Assembly: GCA_964464375.1 (NCBI GenBank)
Contig: CAYXFU010000002.1
Location: forward strand, 26,519 to 90,518
DNA: 64,000 nucleotides
Reading direction: 5' to 3'
Source of the DNA: an uncultured Hyphomicrobiales bacterium
GTDB lineage: Bacteria > Bacteroidota > Ignavibacteria > Kapaibacteriales > UBA2268
A model generated the notes under the pieces. That model saw only the letters and a program-made list of their open reading frames with translations, was not told the DNA's origin and did not search any database. Each line of letters begins with the position of its first letter. The stretch's first letter is position 1. A program made the translations under genes and the position numbers. This document shows positions 27,401-38,342 of the stretch, piece after piece.

Positions 27401-29825
27401 AATTGGAATACCACATTTCGCCTTTCACCCCAGCTGGCTGAACTAAAGTATGCACCTTTAAGGATGTAGCTATTATCCAACAGATTATTGATGTAGATTG
27501 ATGGTTCTACAAAGGCTTCATTCTTCAAATGAATTTTATAACCTATTGAAACATTGACCAGATGGTATGGACTAACGTGAGCCTGAGAATTAAAGTCAAA
27601 TTAACCTGTTCCATATTCGCTGATATTCTCATTCCCATTAGTTAAACCCGATCCATAAAGGTATGAAGCATTAATATACCAATTTTCAGGCAGATAGTTG
27701 ATTTCTGCAGAAATAGATAGTCTTTGGTCGTGGTCTAGATCAGTAGCCTTGCCAGCGTCGGTTATGGGCAGAAAACCACCTGTTATTGCACCGCTACCAT
27801 AGGCATGTATGATCGATGAATTTATGAAAGCTGTTATTGGTATAGTTGGATGAGAATAAGACAATCCTAATTCGAGACCGGTAGTCTGAACTCTTTCAAT
27901 ATTTACCTGCGTCTTAATAGAACTGGAGCCAATAACCTGATCGTCAACTCCAGGTGTAGCCATCTTATAAAAAACTGCGGTTTTGAGTATTATACCATTG
28001 CTGAAAGTGTGTAGGTAAGTTCCTTCGTAAAAATCATCCTTCTCCGGTAATGTAGGAACTGAATTATTATTAGATCCGGTTATCTGTCTTAACCCTTCAG
28101 TACTGGTTGGCATGAAGAGCCTACCATAGTAAACATAGATGGTATTTTGCATATCGAGAAAGAAATGCATTTTAATTCTTGGACTGAATTGATTCTGTAA
28201 ACTAATATTTGGTGCTATATGCTGATCATATCTGCATCCAAGATCAACGCGGCACCAATCGAATGGTTGATATTCACTCTGAGCAAATAGTCCAAAATCT
28301 GATCCTGAATATTGTGATTGAATCTCCGGTCCGGCTTTGAGTAAACTATCTCTTGTAGTGAAAAGCTCTTTTCCTGACGTAAAGTTAATGGTAAATCCTG
28401 TAACAATTTTCAATTCCTTAGATAATCTATTATCGAATTTACTTCTGATACCAAATGTATTAAAATCCCTTTTTTCTGAAAGAGCATATCCATTGGTATC
28501 TCCGGGGATATGGAAAGAAGCAGGGCTCGAATTGCCCACATCGTACTTCAAGCCACCCTGGCGCATGGAAAATCCAACGAACAGATTCATTTCTTTGTCT
28601 TGTTCCGAGGACAAAGTATGATAGTATGAAATTGTTTGAAATGAATTATAACTTGATTGGTTATCAGCAGCAAAGCCCTGAGTCTTAATGTCAAATGGTA
28701 CTTGATTTTGAGTAGAGCCATAATTTAAATTAACAGTAACATAGTCATTGTTTGTTATTGGATAGTCCATTTTACTATATAGAAAATAATCGGTTCCATG
28801 ATCATTAAATAGAACTGGTGTTGGTTGATCAACTCTTCTGTCAGTCTCCTGCCTTGCAAACGATACAAAATATCCAAGTAACCCAATGTGATTGCTTAAA
28901 GATAGTGATTGACCATTTGAATTTATTGACCGAAAAAGTCCTACTTTTCCTCCCAGAGTGTCACCTTTAATATTAGATGAGGCTCCAATAGGTAATTCTT
29001 TACCAGGTTTAAATGGAGAAGTGCCATTCAAAACCAGATAACTACCAACATAACTCTTAAAATCCAAATGGAAATGACCTGTTGGTACAATTGTTTGAAT
29101 ATCCATAATGGCGGCAGTTTGACCACCATATTCCGCTGGAAATCCACCGGTTAAAATAGTCATTTTTTCTATTGCTTTCAAGTCAACTATTTCGTTCAAT
29201 CCACCAAAAATGCCTAAAGGTATTGGAACATCATCTATGTAGTAGGAGTACTCGCCATGCTGGCCACGAATATGTATTTCACCTGTCGGTGCTTTAACTG
29301 CTCCAATAACATTTTGTTGGATCAGATCAGAGATTCTGAGGGTAGGGGAGGAGTGAAATGTTTCAGTATTGAAAAGCAGGTTTCCTGTATTGACCTGAAT
29401 TTTCTGCAATTCCAACAACTTGTATGCTGAAACTGTGACTGACTCAGATGTTACAAAGTGATTTGGTTTTAAATATATTTTTATTTGATTAAAATTTGAG
29501 TCAATGTTAATGTTAGCATTATATTCTGAATATTCTTTAAATGAAACTGAAAGGTTATATTTACCTGGGTTTAACTGTGATATTCTCACTTGACCTGCAG
29601 AATTTGTATAAAAAAGGGCACCGGTTATATTGTTCTCTTTGAGTGCAACTGTAGCCGAAATGAGGGGCGAAGAATCTACTGAATCAAGGACATTGACAGT
29701 AAATGCGACTGTACTTTGAGTAGTCTCACCGGAATTATCACAAATCAAATTTTCGATGTGATCAATAATACCAGAACAATATATAGTCTGAATAAAGTAT
29801 GTTGAAAATTAAATTCTTGATTCAT
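27386..29825 (-). pseudogene. TonB-dependent-receptor-like outer-membrane protein (CarbopepD-regulatory N-domain plus plug plus barrel) disrupted by an in-frame TAA and an N-terminal frame break
   Basis: The track ORF 27601-29748 starts at TTG with no signal peptide. A signal-peptide-like MNQEFNFQHTLFRLYIVLVLLITS is encoded in the +1 frame from the ATG at 29825. Past the TAA at 27601-27603 the same frame continues with beta-barrel-like FDFNSQAHVSPYHLVNVSIGYKIHLKNEAFVEPSIYINNLLDNSYILKGAYF...VVF, checked codon by codon. Confidence 0.6.
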
Positions 29826-29981
29826 TTAGATTCAAATTTGATATAGTAATTTTGAATATTATTAGTGCGTAAGAGACTTTACAAATAGATAAATATTTTA
29901 GTGTCAAGTCCAGATCAATAATTACAAAAAACAGCCTGTGATCATTCAATGTACAGGCTGTCGGAAACAATATAACATTTT

Positions 29982-32204
29982 TTAATATTTCACAAACTTC
30001 TGGATTTGGTGAAATTTTCCTTGAGAAATTTGCAGGAAATATACTCCTGCTGATAAACTTGAGATATCATAAGTGTAATTGTTATAAATTTGTTCACAAG
30101 AATTGAGAGCGAATGTTTTAATAAGACTTAAATTATTACTATAAATCCTGCAATCAACAACATCTGACAATAGATTAGAAATACTTATAGTAATCTGTGT
30201 GTTAGCCGGATTTGGTATCACAAAAATAAGTCCTTTGGCTAGAAAATTATCCTTAACATCTGTTCCCAAATCTGGCATAAGCCATTTAGTGATATCTCCA
30301 TATGATGAACCTGATACAAAAAACTCAGCTTTATTATGAACAGCCATGCAAGCTATATTGCCATAATTCTCCTGATCATTTTTTATATCTTCATAAATGA
30401 AAATATCCTTAACTGTAGTAATATTCCATATTTTGGCAAAATCACCAAAAGTTCCAAGCAAATATTTGCTACCATTTATAAATGATATTTTCATATCGTC
30501 TGCTGGAAAAGATTCGGTGCCATCACTAAATTTTGTGAGACCGGGAAGCAACTTTATAAATTTCCAATCCGGAATGCTATAAACTCGAACATTATTGTCA
30601 CCACAAGCAACCGCTATAATATCATTATTTTGTGAGAAAGAGATGTCAGTAACACCATTTATCCAGTCGGGTGAGAATATATCACCGGTTGTTTCTTTTT
30701 TCCAATTTAATGTATTTAGTATAGATATTGTTTCAATGTATCTGTTAGAAATAGCAATAAATTTCCCGTCAGCAGAAAATTGTACAGAATTAACTTCTTC
30801 ACCTAAATCAAGTTTGATAATCTCTTTCCAGTCAGATGTTCGCAGTACTATTGATGAGTCAAGCGCACTGCCTAGAATTAATAATTCTCCGTTTGGAGAA
30901 AAAGTCACATGAGATTTGAAACTAGAAAAATCTGATTTAGTATAAACAATAGTGTTTGTTACTAAGTCCCAAATGTTCAATCTGGATTCAGGTGAACCTG
31001 ATACTGAAGCCAGATACTTACTGTCCTTAGAGAATCCAATACTTTTGACTGGATTCAAATGCCCAACTAAAGTATTTAAGAGTTTACCTGAATCGATGTT
31101 CCAAAGCTTGATAATTCCATCTTCTCCACCAGTCGCGATGTACTTATTATTAGGGCTGATTTTAATGTCATTTATGGGACCTGTACACATATCACCAGCA
31201 TAATCTTTATAGACTAAACTTGAATTTAAATTGTCCAGATTGAGTTCGTAGACTTTATCGTATTTAACACCAAGAACTTTATTATCTCCAAATGGACAAT
31301 AAAATGGATACTGACCAAGATTATTAGTCTTCCTTTCAATTTTTTGTGTATTAATATCCAGAATTTTTAAATAATAATTATCAAAAAATATTATGAACTT
31401 CTGTCCATCTTTAGACTGGAACATCTTGCTAGGTTTGTACTCGGTTGTTTTAAGAGAAAATGACTTCGAATAATCTGTAGTACTTATAATGCAGATTTCA
31501 TTTTCAGTTTCTATTGTAGGATCAGCATCACCGGTTGTTACAACAATTGATTTACCATCGGAGGTATAATCCCAATTAATTATACCATTAGAAAAATCTG
31601 GGAGATATTTTTTTGTAGTATCTTGAAAATTACAGACATAGAGGTTATTTTGAGTTGTTATGATGAACCTTTGATTATCAGGAGATATCGCAAAATCATA
31701 ATTAAAATAGTTATTTGCAAATTGTCCTAAATGAACAGAATCCATCTTGAAAGAAGCAATATCAAAATAATACATATTAATGGATTTTGATTGGATATTT
31801 GCAATAAAGAATTTTGAACCATCTGGTGAAAACTTCATTGTTGGGGATGAAATGTTGAATATTTCAGTATATAGTTTTTTGTTTTCAGAGATATTCCAGA
31901 TATCTAACTGATTGATACCTCTGGAAAATACAGCTAGTAGTTTAGAATCAGGTGAAAAAACGATTGGATAGATGTCCGTTCCTTCTTGTTCGAAAATTGA
32001 TTTTTTAGTAATTAAATCAATAACTTTGATTTTCTTTGGCTGACCGGAAAAAAAACCAGCCAGATATCTGAATTCCGAAGAAATGGAAGCCGCAGAAATA
32101 TTCGCATCAATACCTTTGTTATTCCAAATAGTATTAGAAGACTGAAGTGATGGAGTAAAAATATAAAGAAAAACTATTAAAGCAAGTGTAAATTTATTTT
32201 TCAT
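29982..32204 (-). CDS. Secreted WD40/beta-propeller repeat protein with a T9SS C-terminal sorting domain
   Basis: Signal peptide. WD40 units such as DGIIKLWNIDSGKLLNTLVGHLNPVKSIGFS. The C-terminal ...GVYFLQISQGKFHQIQKFVKY is a T9SS C-terminal domain. Confidence 0.8.
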   Translation of the reverse strand: MKNKFTLALIVFLYIFTPSLQSSNTIWNNKGIDANISAASISSEFRYLAGFFSGQPKKIKVIDLITKKSIFEQEGTDIYPIVFSPDSKLLAVFSRGINQLDIWNISENKKLYTEIFNISSPTMKFSPDGSKFFIANIQSKSINMYYFDIASFKMDSVHLGQFANNYFNYDFAISPDNQRFIITTQNNLYVCNFQDTTKKYLPDFSNGIINWDYTSDGKSIVVTTGDADPTIETENEICIISTTDYSKSFSLKTTEYKPSKMFQSKDGQKFIIFFDNYYLKILDINTQKIERKTNNLGQYPFYCPFGDNKVLGVKYDKVYELNLDNLNSSLVYKDYAGDMCTGPINDIKISPNNKYIATGGEDGIIKLWNIDSGKLLNTLVGHLNPVKSIGFSKDSKYLASVSGSPESRLNIWDLVTNTIVYTKSDFSSFKSHVTFSPNGELLILGSALDSSIVLRTSDWKEIIKLDLGEEVNSVQFSADGKFIAISNRYIETISILNTLNWKKETTGDIFSPDWINGVTDISFSQNNDIIAVACGDNNVRVYSIPDWKFIKLLPGLTKFSDGTESFPADDMKISFINGSKYLLGTFGDFAKIWNITTVKDIFIYEDIKNDQENYGNIACMAVHNKAEFFVSGSSYGDITKWLMPDLGTDVKDNFLAKGLIFVIPNPANTQITISISNLLSDVVDCRIYSNNLSLIKTFALNSCEQIYNNYTYDISSLSAGVYFLQISQGKFHQIQKFVKY

Positions 32205-32312
32205 AATTGTAACTCATAAGTGGTTAGTAAACATTCGCAATTTAAATGATTTTTATAAAAGTTTTAAATTAATCTAAAAAATTAATCTAGATAGAAAACA
32301 AAATTAGACACT

Positions 32313-33701
32313 TCAGATCAATTCCTTGACTGCTGTTTTTCGAATTTCATTAAGTAAATATTTTTCATTCTTATTAATTACTTCAAAGAAAATTCTTAAA
32401 GTTTCATCTATTAGGATTTTCTGTTCCAGTATTTTAGTATGGTAACTTCCCTGAATCGTCTGCAACTCAGAATACATGGATTTCAGATCAGCAAGAGTAT
32501 TGGTACCGTTTATCTTTAATTGAATATCAAGAACCTTCTGAAAATCTTCTTTAATACCTTTCCTTTTTCTTCTCTTCCGCCATAACATTAATCCTATGAT
32601 AACAGTATATAAACCTCCAGCTCCAGTACCTATTTTAGCTAACAGCTCAGCATACCTCTCGTAGAATTTAGGGGCATTTTTATCTAAATATCGTTTGGTT
32701 CCTTCGTGTAATGGAAAAGCAAAATTGATATTATTAAAACTCTTTCCATAAGTAGTTAAATCAATTAGGTCTGTTTCTTCAACTGCTGTTTTAACAAGTT
32801 CATAAATAAACTCATCGTCAACTTCTTCTCTGCAAGCTAGCACAAAATCCTGTCTTATGGTCAATACAGGACTCTCAGGAAATTCACCATAAGTTCCTTT
32901 TGGCAGAAGAAACGGAGTAAAGAACTTGTTTCGTAAGCAAAAACCTTCAACCGATGATCCATTCTTATACATCCTATAATCATCGAGACTAAATAATTTG
33001 AATTCTTTCCTCGAATTAAAGAATTTATTAAGCCGATTGTTTGAAGAGAAATTCACAGGAATTATTCCTATTTCCACATCATAAGGTATAGGCTCATCTT
33101 TTTTGTAAAGATTGTAAAAATCAAGTTTCATGATGCTGTCACGAGCTCTTTGGTCGAGTTTTAAAAAGTCAGGATCCTCACGGTTGAATTTACTCATCAA
33201 GAAGTTGACATTTTTTAAATTTACCCCCAGATCTATAAGAATATTTTGAATAAAATCTTTCTCATTGCTAAGAATTAACACCTTAGAATTGACAAATAAA
33301 TCTTCGATAGAGACAGGATTTAATTTTTCTTTATTATATGCTATATACAGAATTCTTGAACTTATTGGAAATACAGCTCTTACCTTATTATGCTGATTAT
33401 TTATTGTATCTTTATTAATGTAATTTGAATTTGAAATTACAGCCATGTCATACTTCGAACTATCCATAAGATGTCTGACATTATTTGTAAATTGAAATGA
33501 AGCATTAGTATCGAGTTTAGCTTTGAATTTTTTACCTACTCTCTCATAATTTTTATTTATTATTTTATTTAACTTAGAATATTCCACAATCCTCTTAGTC
33601 GCAGAAACCGCAACATCATAATTGTTTTTATTACTGCAAGAAAGAAGTGAAGTCAATATAAGTAGTGACACAATCAGTTTTAGCTTTTTCATATTCGTCA
33701 T
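32313..33701 (-). CDS. Lipoprotein with a TAXI-family (TRAP-type) solute-binding-like domain, a C-terminal TM helix and a cytoplasmic coiled-coil tail
   Basis: Lipobox LLSC. LPKGTYGEFPESPVLTIRQDFVLACREEVDDEFIYELVKT and HEGTKRYLDK resemble TAXI receptor motifs. TM segment GLYTVIIGLMLW is followed by a basic stretch and a ~90 aa tail. No TRAP permease genes are nearby. Confidence 0.4.
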   Translation of the reverse strand: MTNMKKLKLIVSLLILTSLLSCSNKNNYDVAVSATKRIVEYSKLNKIINKNYERVGKKFKAKLDTNASFQFTNNVRHLMDSSKYDMAVISNSNYINKDTINNQHNKVRAVFPISSRILYIAYNKEKLNPVSIEDLFVNSKVLILSNEKDFIQNILIDLGVNLKNVNFLMSKFNREDPDFLKLDQRARDSIMKLDFYNLYKKDEPIPYDVEIGIIPVNFSSNNRLNKFFNSRKEFKLFSLDDYRMYKNGSSVEGFCLRNKFFTPFLLPKGTYGEFPESPVLTIRQDFVLACREEVDDEFIYELVKTAVEETDLIDLTTYGKSFNNINFAFPLHEGTKRYLDKNAPKFYERYAELLAKIGTGAGGLYTVIIGLMLWRKRRKRKGIKEDFQKVLDIQLKINGTNTLADLKSMYSELQTIQGSYHTKILEQKILIDETLRIFFEVINKNEKYLLNEIRKTAVKELI

Positions 33702-33777
33702 GGATCAATTTATGATTAAAGAATATATTATTATAATTGATTTAGTATGTCAGATTTAATTTATTTTTATAATCTAC

Positions 33778-35700
33778 TTATTTCTTATAAATTTTAAACA
33801 AATAACCGTGAGTATAAATAATATTCTCGATTCTATCTTTTTCTGACGGATTTGTATTATCCCAAATATTATTATTTTGATCTTTGTCATTTGTAATATC
33901 AAAATATTTTTGCTTTTCTAGATCTGTGTACACAAAACGTCTATCCTTTAAAAATATTCCAAATCCTTCAAGCTCCCATTTCCTGATGTCATTAGTGTTT
34001 AGAGAGATAGTATATCTATCCTCGGGTATAGGTTTGAATAATGAGTAACCTTTCAAACTGTTGTATAATTTAATGTTTTGAGGGGTTGAGTTTCCGCCAA
34101 GCAAATCAATAATGGTCGGATAAATGTCAAGATTGGCAACTGTTCTTTGCTTATTAATTCTAAGATTTGCCATTAACTCTGGAAATTTATCCGATAATGC
34201 TTTTGGGATATAGATTAACATAGGAATATTTTGGATCTCATCATAAAATGAATATAGACGGTGAGTAGAAATATGATTGGGGGTATCTGTTTCACCATGG
34301 TCGGCAGTTATAATTATTACCGTATTTTCAAGAAGCTTTTTACTCTTCAGAAGATTAAACAATTTCTCATAACCGTAATCCAAAACAGCTGCAGCATTAC
34401 GATACTTAGAATCATAATTAGGCTTATTCGGCATCAACTGACTTTCCTGCTGAAAAGGAAAGTGCAAAGAATTGGAATTGTACATAGCACCGAATGGTTG
34501 TTTGGTAGATAGCTCACTAATAATCTCACAAAATTTATTCATTGCGGCTAATTCATCAATGCCATCATTTGCAGTTTTCCCACTTATATTCTCACCGGTA
34601 AAGAAGTAATCAGGTCTGGGAGTAAAAAATAATGGAAAGTTTGCCCATTGGTAAAACTGAGCAGAAACCACAGCTGTAGTCATCCCAGCTTTCTTCTCCC
34701 AATCCCAGATCAGTGGCGTCGAATGAAGTTTGGTTTCTGATTCATAAGGAGCAACACCCGTTTGAATGGATGTTACAGAAACATCAGTTGCACTTGAATT
34801 AGTAAAAGCATTATCAAAATATACACACTGATCTCCATTTTCTTCAACCCATGATTTTAGTATGGGCATAGGGCAATTTTTATCTGCTAAATCGAATGCT
34901 TTTTTTCCGAAGGATTCATTCAAAAGAAATATGATATTGAATTTTTCTCTTGGAGTAAAATATTCAACAGCTCTCCGATTTGGCTGATGGAGACCTGATG
35001 GCGGGATCAATCTCATTTTGTTAATTGATGAAATAAATGAAGTAGTTATATCTAATCTCTTATTAACAGATTTTAGGGTTACATTCGTTAGAACAAATAA
35101 ATAAATGACTAATCCAACAAGAAGAACTATAAGATTGTTCTTCTTGGATGTTTCGCGATATTTTACTGGTTTGATGTTAAATATAAAATATACAACTGCC
35201 CAAAGAACGAAGAATATTATTATATCCCAGTTTAAAAGATATTCCCTGATATATGCCTTCTGATAATTAGGATTATTAACAAAGAAGAGAATTTTTGATA
35301 AAGATAGAAAATCCCCGAATTCGAAAAATACGGCTACACTCGCAACCAAAAGGAAAGATAATAAAAAAGTAACTATAATAGAAAAAATTATTTCTTCACG
35401 TCTCTTTAATATTCGTTTTATTTGATAGATCGATAAAAAGAAAATTAAACTTAATAATATTCCTTTCGCATAAATATATAAATTGAGTTCATATATTGGA
35501 TCACGTTTGTAGGTGCATATAAATTCGATTGCACTAAAGAATACAAAAAGAAAAAACCATCCTCTCAAAACATAAGAAAATAAAATGAGTTTGATAATAT
35601 CTTTCGTAAAAATATTCTTGAAAAGCTGTGTTGCCTTATTCATAGTATTAATATAAAATAATTGTGATTTGAACAAGTTGTCTGACAAATATTTTTTCAT
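33778..35700 (-). CDS. Sulfatase-family membrane protein (LtaS/EptA-like, alkaline-phosphatase superfamily)
   Basis: Five N-terminal TM helices, then an extracytoplasmic sulfatase-fold domain carrying the metal-site motif ITADHGETD. Confidence 0.75.
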   Translation of the reverse strand: MKKYLSDNLFKSQLFYINTMNKATQLFKNIFTKDIIKLILFSYVLRGWFFLFVFFSAIEFICTYKRDPIYELNLYIYAKGILLSLIFFLSIYQIKRILKRREEIIFSIIVTFLLSFLLVASVAVFFEFGDFLSLSKILFFVNNPNYQKAYIREYLLNWDIIIFFVLWAVVYFIFNIKPVKYRETSKKNNLIVLLVGLVIYLFVLTNVTLKSVNKRLDITTSFISSINKMRLIPPSGLHQPNRRAVEYFTPREKFNIIFLLNESFGKKAFDLADKNCPMPILKSWVEENGDQCVYFDNAFTNSSATDVSVTSIQTGVAPYESETKLHSTPLIWDWEKKAGMTTAVVSAQFYQWANFPLFFTPRPDYFFTGENISGKTANDGIDELAAMNKFCEIISELSTKQPFGAMYNSNSLHFPFQQESQLMPNKPNYDSKYRNAAAVLDYGYEKLFNLLKSKKLLENTVIIITADHGETDTPNHISTHRLYSFYDEIQNIPMLIYIPKALSDKFPELMANLRINKQRTVANLDIYPTIIDLLGGNSTPQNIKLYNSLKGYSLFKPIPEDRYTISLNTNDIRKWELEGFGIFLKDRRFVYTDLEKQKYFDITNDKDQNNNIWDNTNPSEKDRIENIIYTHGYLFKIYKK

Positions 35701-35802
35701 AATTTAACGAATATACTTCAAAAAGAAAACTAAAATTCATTGTGAAATCAGATTAGTTTACCATATTTTAGCTAAAAATATTTATGAAAGATTGAAAATT
35801 CT

Positions 35803-36036
35803 ATGAGTAATAATGATATTTTAAAAAAATTAAGAGTTGCTCTTCAACTTAGAAATGATGAAATAATAAGAATCCTTGAACTTGTTGATTTCAAGATTTC
35901 GAATAGTGAGTTAGGTGCTTTATTCAGAAATGAGGACCATCCACATTTTAAAAAGTGTGGCGATCAGATTCTAAGAAATTTTTTGAATGGTTTGGTCATT
36001 CATTTAAGAGGACCTAAGTCTGAATCTCAAGATTAA
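35803..36036 (+). CDS. DUF1456 (YehS-like) family protein
   Basis: 77 aa. LRVALQLRNDEIIRILELVDF...ELGALFRNEDHPHFKKCGDQILRNFLNGLVIHLRG matches the DUF1456 repeat pattern. Confidence 0.45.
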   Translation: MSNNDILKKLRVALQLRNDEIIRILELVDFKISNSELGALFRNEDHPHFKKCGDQILRNFLNGLVIHLRGPKSESQD

Positions 36037-36121
36037 TTTCATTCATTACTATTCAAAAAGGTAATGAAGAATAAGAACTTAATTCTTCATTCAAACATTT
36101 ATTCGTTAATTTTGCATAAAG

Positions 36122-37090
36122 ATGCTGTATTCAGAATCGATTTTTTCATTTTCTTTCAAATCATTTTATTTAGTAATTATGCGCCAAACTGACAAAACAA
36201 AAAGAAAAAAACCATCAAAAAAAAGTATAGTAAGCTACGAAGTTAAAGAAGCTAAAGAGTTGATGACCTTTTTGTCCGATATAATGCCAGGAAAGAGCAG
36301 AACGGCTATTAAGTCACTCTTATCCAATAGACAAATCATTGTTGAGGGAAAAATAGTCACGAAGTTTAATTTCCTTCTTTCGGTCGGTCAGGAAGTATTA
36401 ATTAATCCTAATAGACCGGCTAAGGAAGTTAAACTAAAACGCTTGTCTATTATCTTTGAAGATGATTATCTAATCGTAATTAGGAAAGAACCAGGATTAC
36501 TTTCAATAGCTACCGACAAAGGCAATGATGTAACTGCTTATAGTATTCTTAGCGAACATGTCAAACAAGAAGATCCTTTTAATAAAATTTATGTGCTTCA
36601 CAGATTAGACCGTGAGACATCAGGAATAATGATGTTTGCGAAGAATCAGCAGGTAAAACAGGCATTACAATCAGATTGGCAGGAGTCTGTTGCAGACAGA
36701 TGCTATATGGTTGTAGTTGAAGGTCACGTAGAAAGAGAGCAAGGTACTATTACTTCATGGCTTACAGAAAATAAAATATTCAAAGTTTTTTCGAGTCCAA
36801 CTCCAAACAATGGACAAAGAGCGGTTACACATTTTAAAGTCCTAAAAACCAATCCAAAATATTCTCTGGTAGAAATTAGACTTGAAACCGGGAGAAAAAA
36901 TCAGATTCGTGTTCACATGCAGGATATTGGTCATCCTGTTGTCGGAGACAAAAAGTATGGTGCAACACATAATCCGATAAATAGATTGGGTCTTCATGCT
37001 TATCTGCTATCATTCAAACACCCAATCACTAACGAAAATATGCGGTTCGAAACTGGAATCCCTCCAGAGTTTGATGCAATGTTTAAGTAA
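36122..37090 (+). CDS. rluD: RluA-family 23S rRNA pseudouridine synthase, RluD-like with an N-terminal S4 domain
   Basis: S4-like LLSNRQIIVEGKIVTKFNFLLSVGQEV. Catalytic motif HRLDRETSGIMMFAKN. The start may be the ATG at 36179 (MRQTDK). Confidence 0.85.
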   Translation: MLYSESIFSFSFKSFYLVIMRQTDKTKRKKPSKKSIVSYEVKEAKELMTFLSDIMPGKSRTAIKSLLSNRQIIVEGKIVTKFNFLLSVGQEVLINPNRPAKEVKLKRLSIIFEDDYLIVIRKEPGLLSIATDKGNDVTAYSILSEHVKQEDPFNKIYVLHRLDRETSGIMMFAKNQQVKQALQSDWQESVADRCYMVVVEGHVEREQGTITSWLTENKIFKVFSSPTPNNGQRAVTHFKVLKTNPKYSLVEIRLETGRKNQIRVHMQDIGHPVVGDKKYGATHNPINRLGLHAYLLSFKHPITNENMRFETGIPPEFDAMFK

Positions 37091-37120
37091 AATCTGAACT
37101 TACTTTATTTGGAGTTTTAA

Positions 37121-38341
37121 TTGAAGAATTATGATGTTGTTATTTTGGGTGCTGGACCTTCCGGTCTTTTCACTGCTATTAACATCATTCCCGATAAATC
37201 AGTTCTTATTTTAGAGAAAATGGAAAAGCCTGCTAAGAAATTATTGATTTCAGGTTCAGGGAGATGTAATGTTACCAATACCGGTTCTATTAAGGATTTC
37301 TTCAATCACTATGGAGATAATTCTAATTTTCTGAAACATTCCTTAAATTCCTTTACTAATCAGGATCTGATTGATTTTCTTGATTCACAAGGAATGAAGA
37401 CTGTTATAGATAAGAACGGTAAGGTATTTCCTGAAACACAAAAGGCATCAGACATCCTGAATATTCTTTTGAATCAATGCGAAACAAAAAAAATAGACCT
37501 TTACATAAATCAGGAAATTTCAAGAATCAAGAGATCTTCCAATAAATTCATTCTCAAGACTCAGGATGAGGAGTATCTCTGCGATTATTTAGTCATCGCT
37601 ACCGGAGGCAAATCATATCCGAAAACCGGATCCACTGGGGATGGATATCAGTTTGCAGAGACTCTGTGTCACACAATAGTTGAACCCAAGCCTGCATTGA
37701 GCCATGTTAAAATCAAGAATTATAAATTTATTGATTTAGCTGGTGTTTCACTGACAGATATTGAGATTTCACTATATAGGAACAATAAAAAGCTCAGATC
37801 TCATGTCGGTGATATTGGATTTACTCACAGAGGACTTACCGGACCAGGGATAATTGATTTTTCTAGATTCCTTGATTCAGGAGATTTACTCAAAATTAAT
37901 TTTGCTTCAAGAAATTCTGAGGAATTGAATAAGCAATTTATAGAAGCCTGTCAAAAAGAGGGTAAGCAATCGATTAAGAAATTTCTTAAAAACTTAAATT
38001 TACCTGAAAGACTTATCATGTCGGTGCTAACTGAACAACAAATCAAACCTGAAGATCAACTTGCAACAATAACAAGACAATTAAGAAACAAACTCATTTC
38101 ATCTTTCTGTGAATTCCCGTTTGAGATTGAATCAGTTGGAAATTTCGAAGTTGCTATGGTAACAACCGGGGGAGTATCTCTAAAGGAAATATCTTCAAAA
38201 ACTATGGAATCTAAAATAGTTCCACATTTATACTTTGTAGGTGAAGTATTGGATATTGACGGAGACACAGGTGGATACAATATACAAGCGGCATTCTCAA
38301 CCGGGTATGTCGCAGCTAAAAGTATTTCCTCAGCTAATTGA
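37121..38341 (+). CDS. HI0933/BaiN-family FAD-dependent flavoprotein
   Basis: YDVVILGAGPSGLFTAI dinucleotide-binding motif and KKLLISGSGRCNVTN, typical of the HI0933 family. TTG start with a GGAG RBS. Confidence 0.85.
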   Translation: MKNYDVVILGAGPSGLFTAINIIPDKSVLILEKMEKPAKKLLISGSGRCNVTNTGSIKDFFNHYGDNSNFLKHSLNSFTNQDLIDFLDSQGMKTVIDKNGKVFPETQKASDILNILLNQCETKKIDLYINQEISRIKRSSNKFILKTQDEEYLCDYLVIATGGKSYPKTGSTGDGYQFAETLCHTIVEPKPALSHVKIKNYKFIDLAGVSLTDIEISLYRNNKKLRSHVGDIGFTHRGLTGPGIIDFSRFLDSGDLLKINFASRNSEELNKQFIEACQKEGKQSIKKFLKNLNLPERLIMSVLTEQQIKPEDQLATITRQLRNKLISSFCEFPFEIESVGNFEVAMVTTGGVSLKEISSKTMESKIVPHLYFVGEVLDIDGDTGGYNIQAAFSTGYVAAKSISSAN

Positions 38342-38342
38342 A

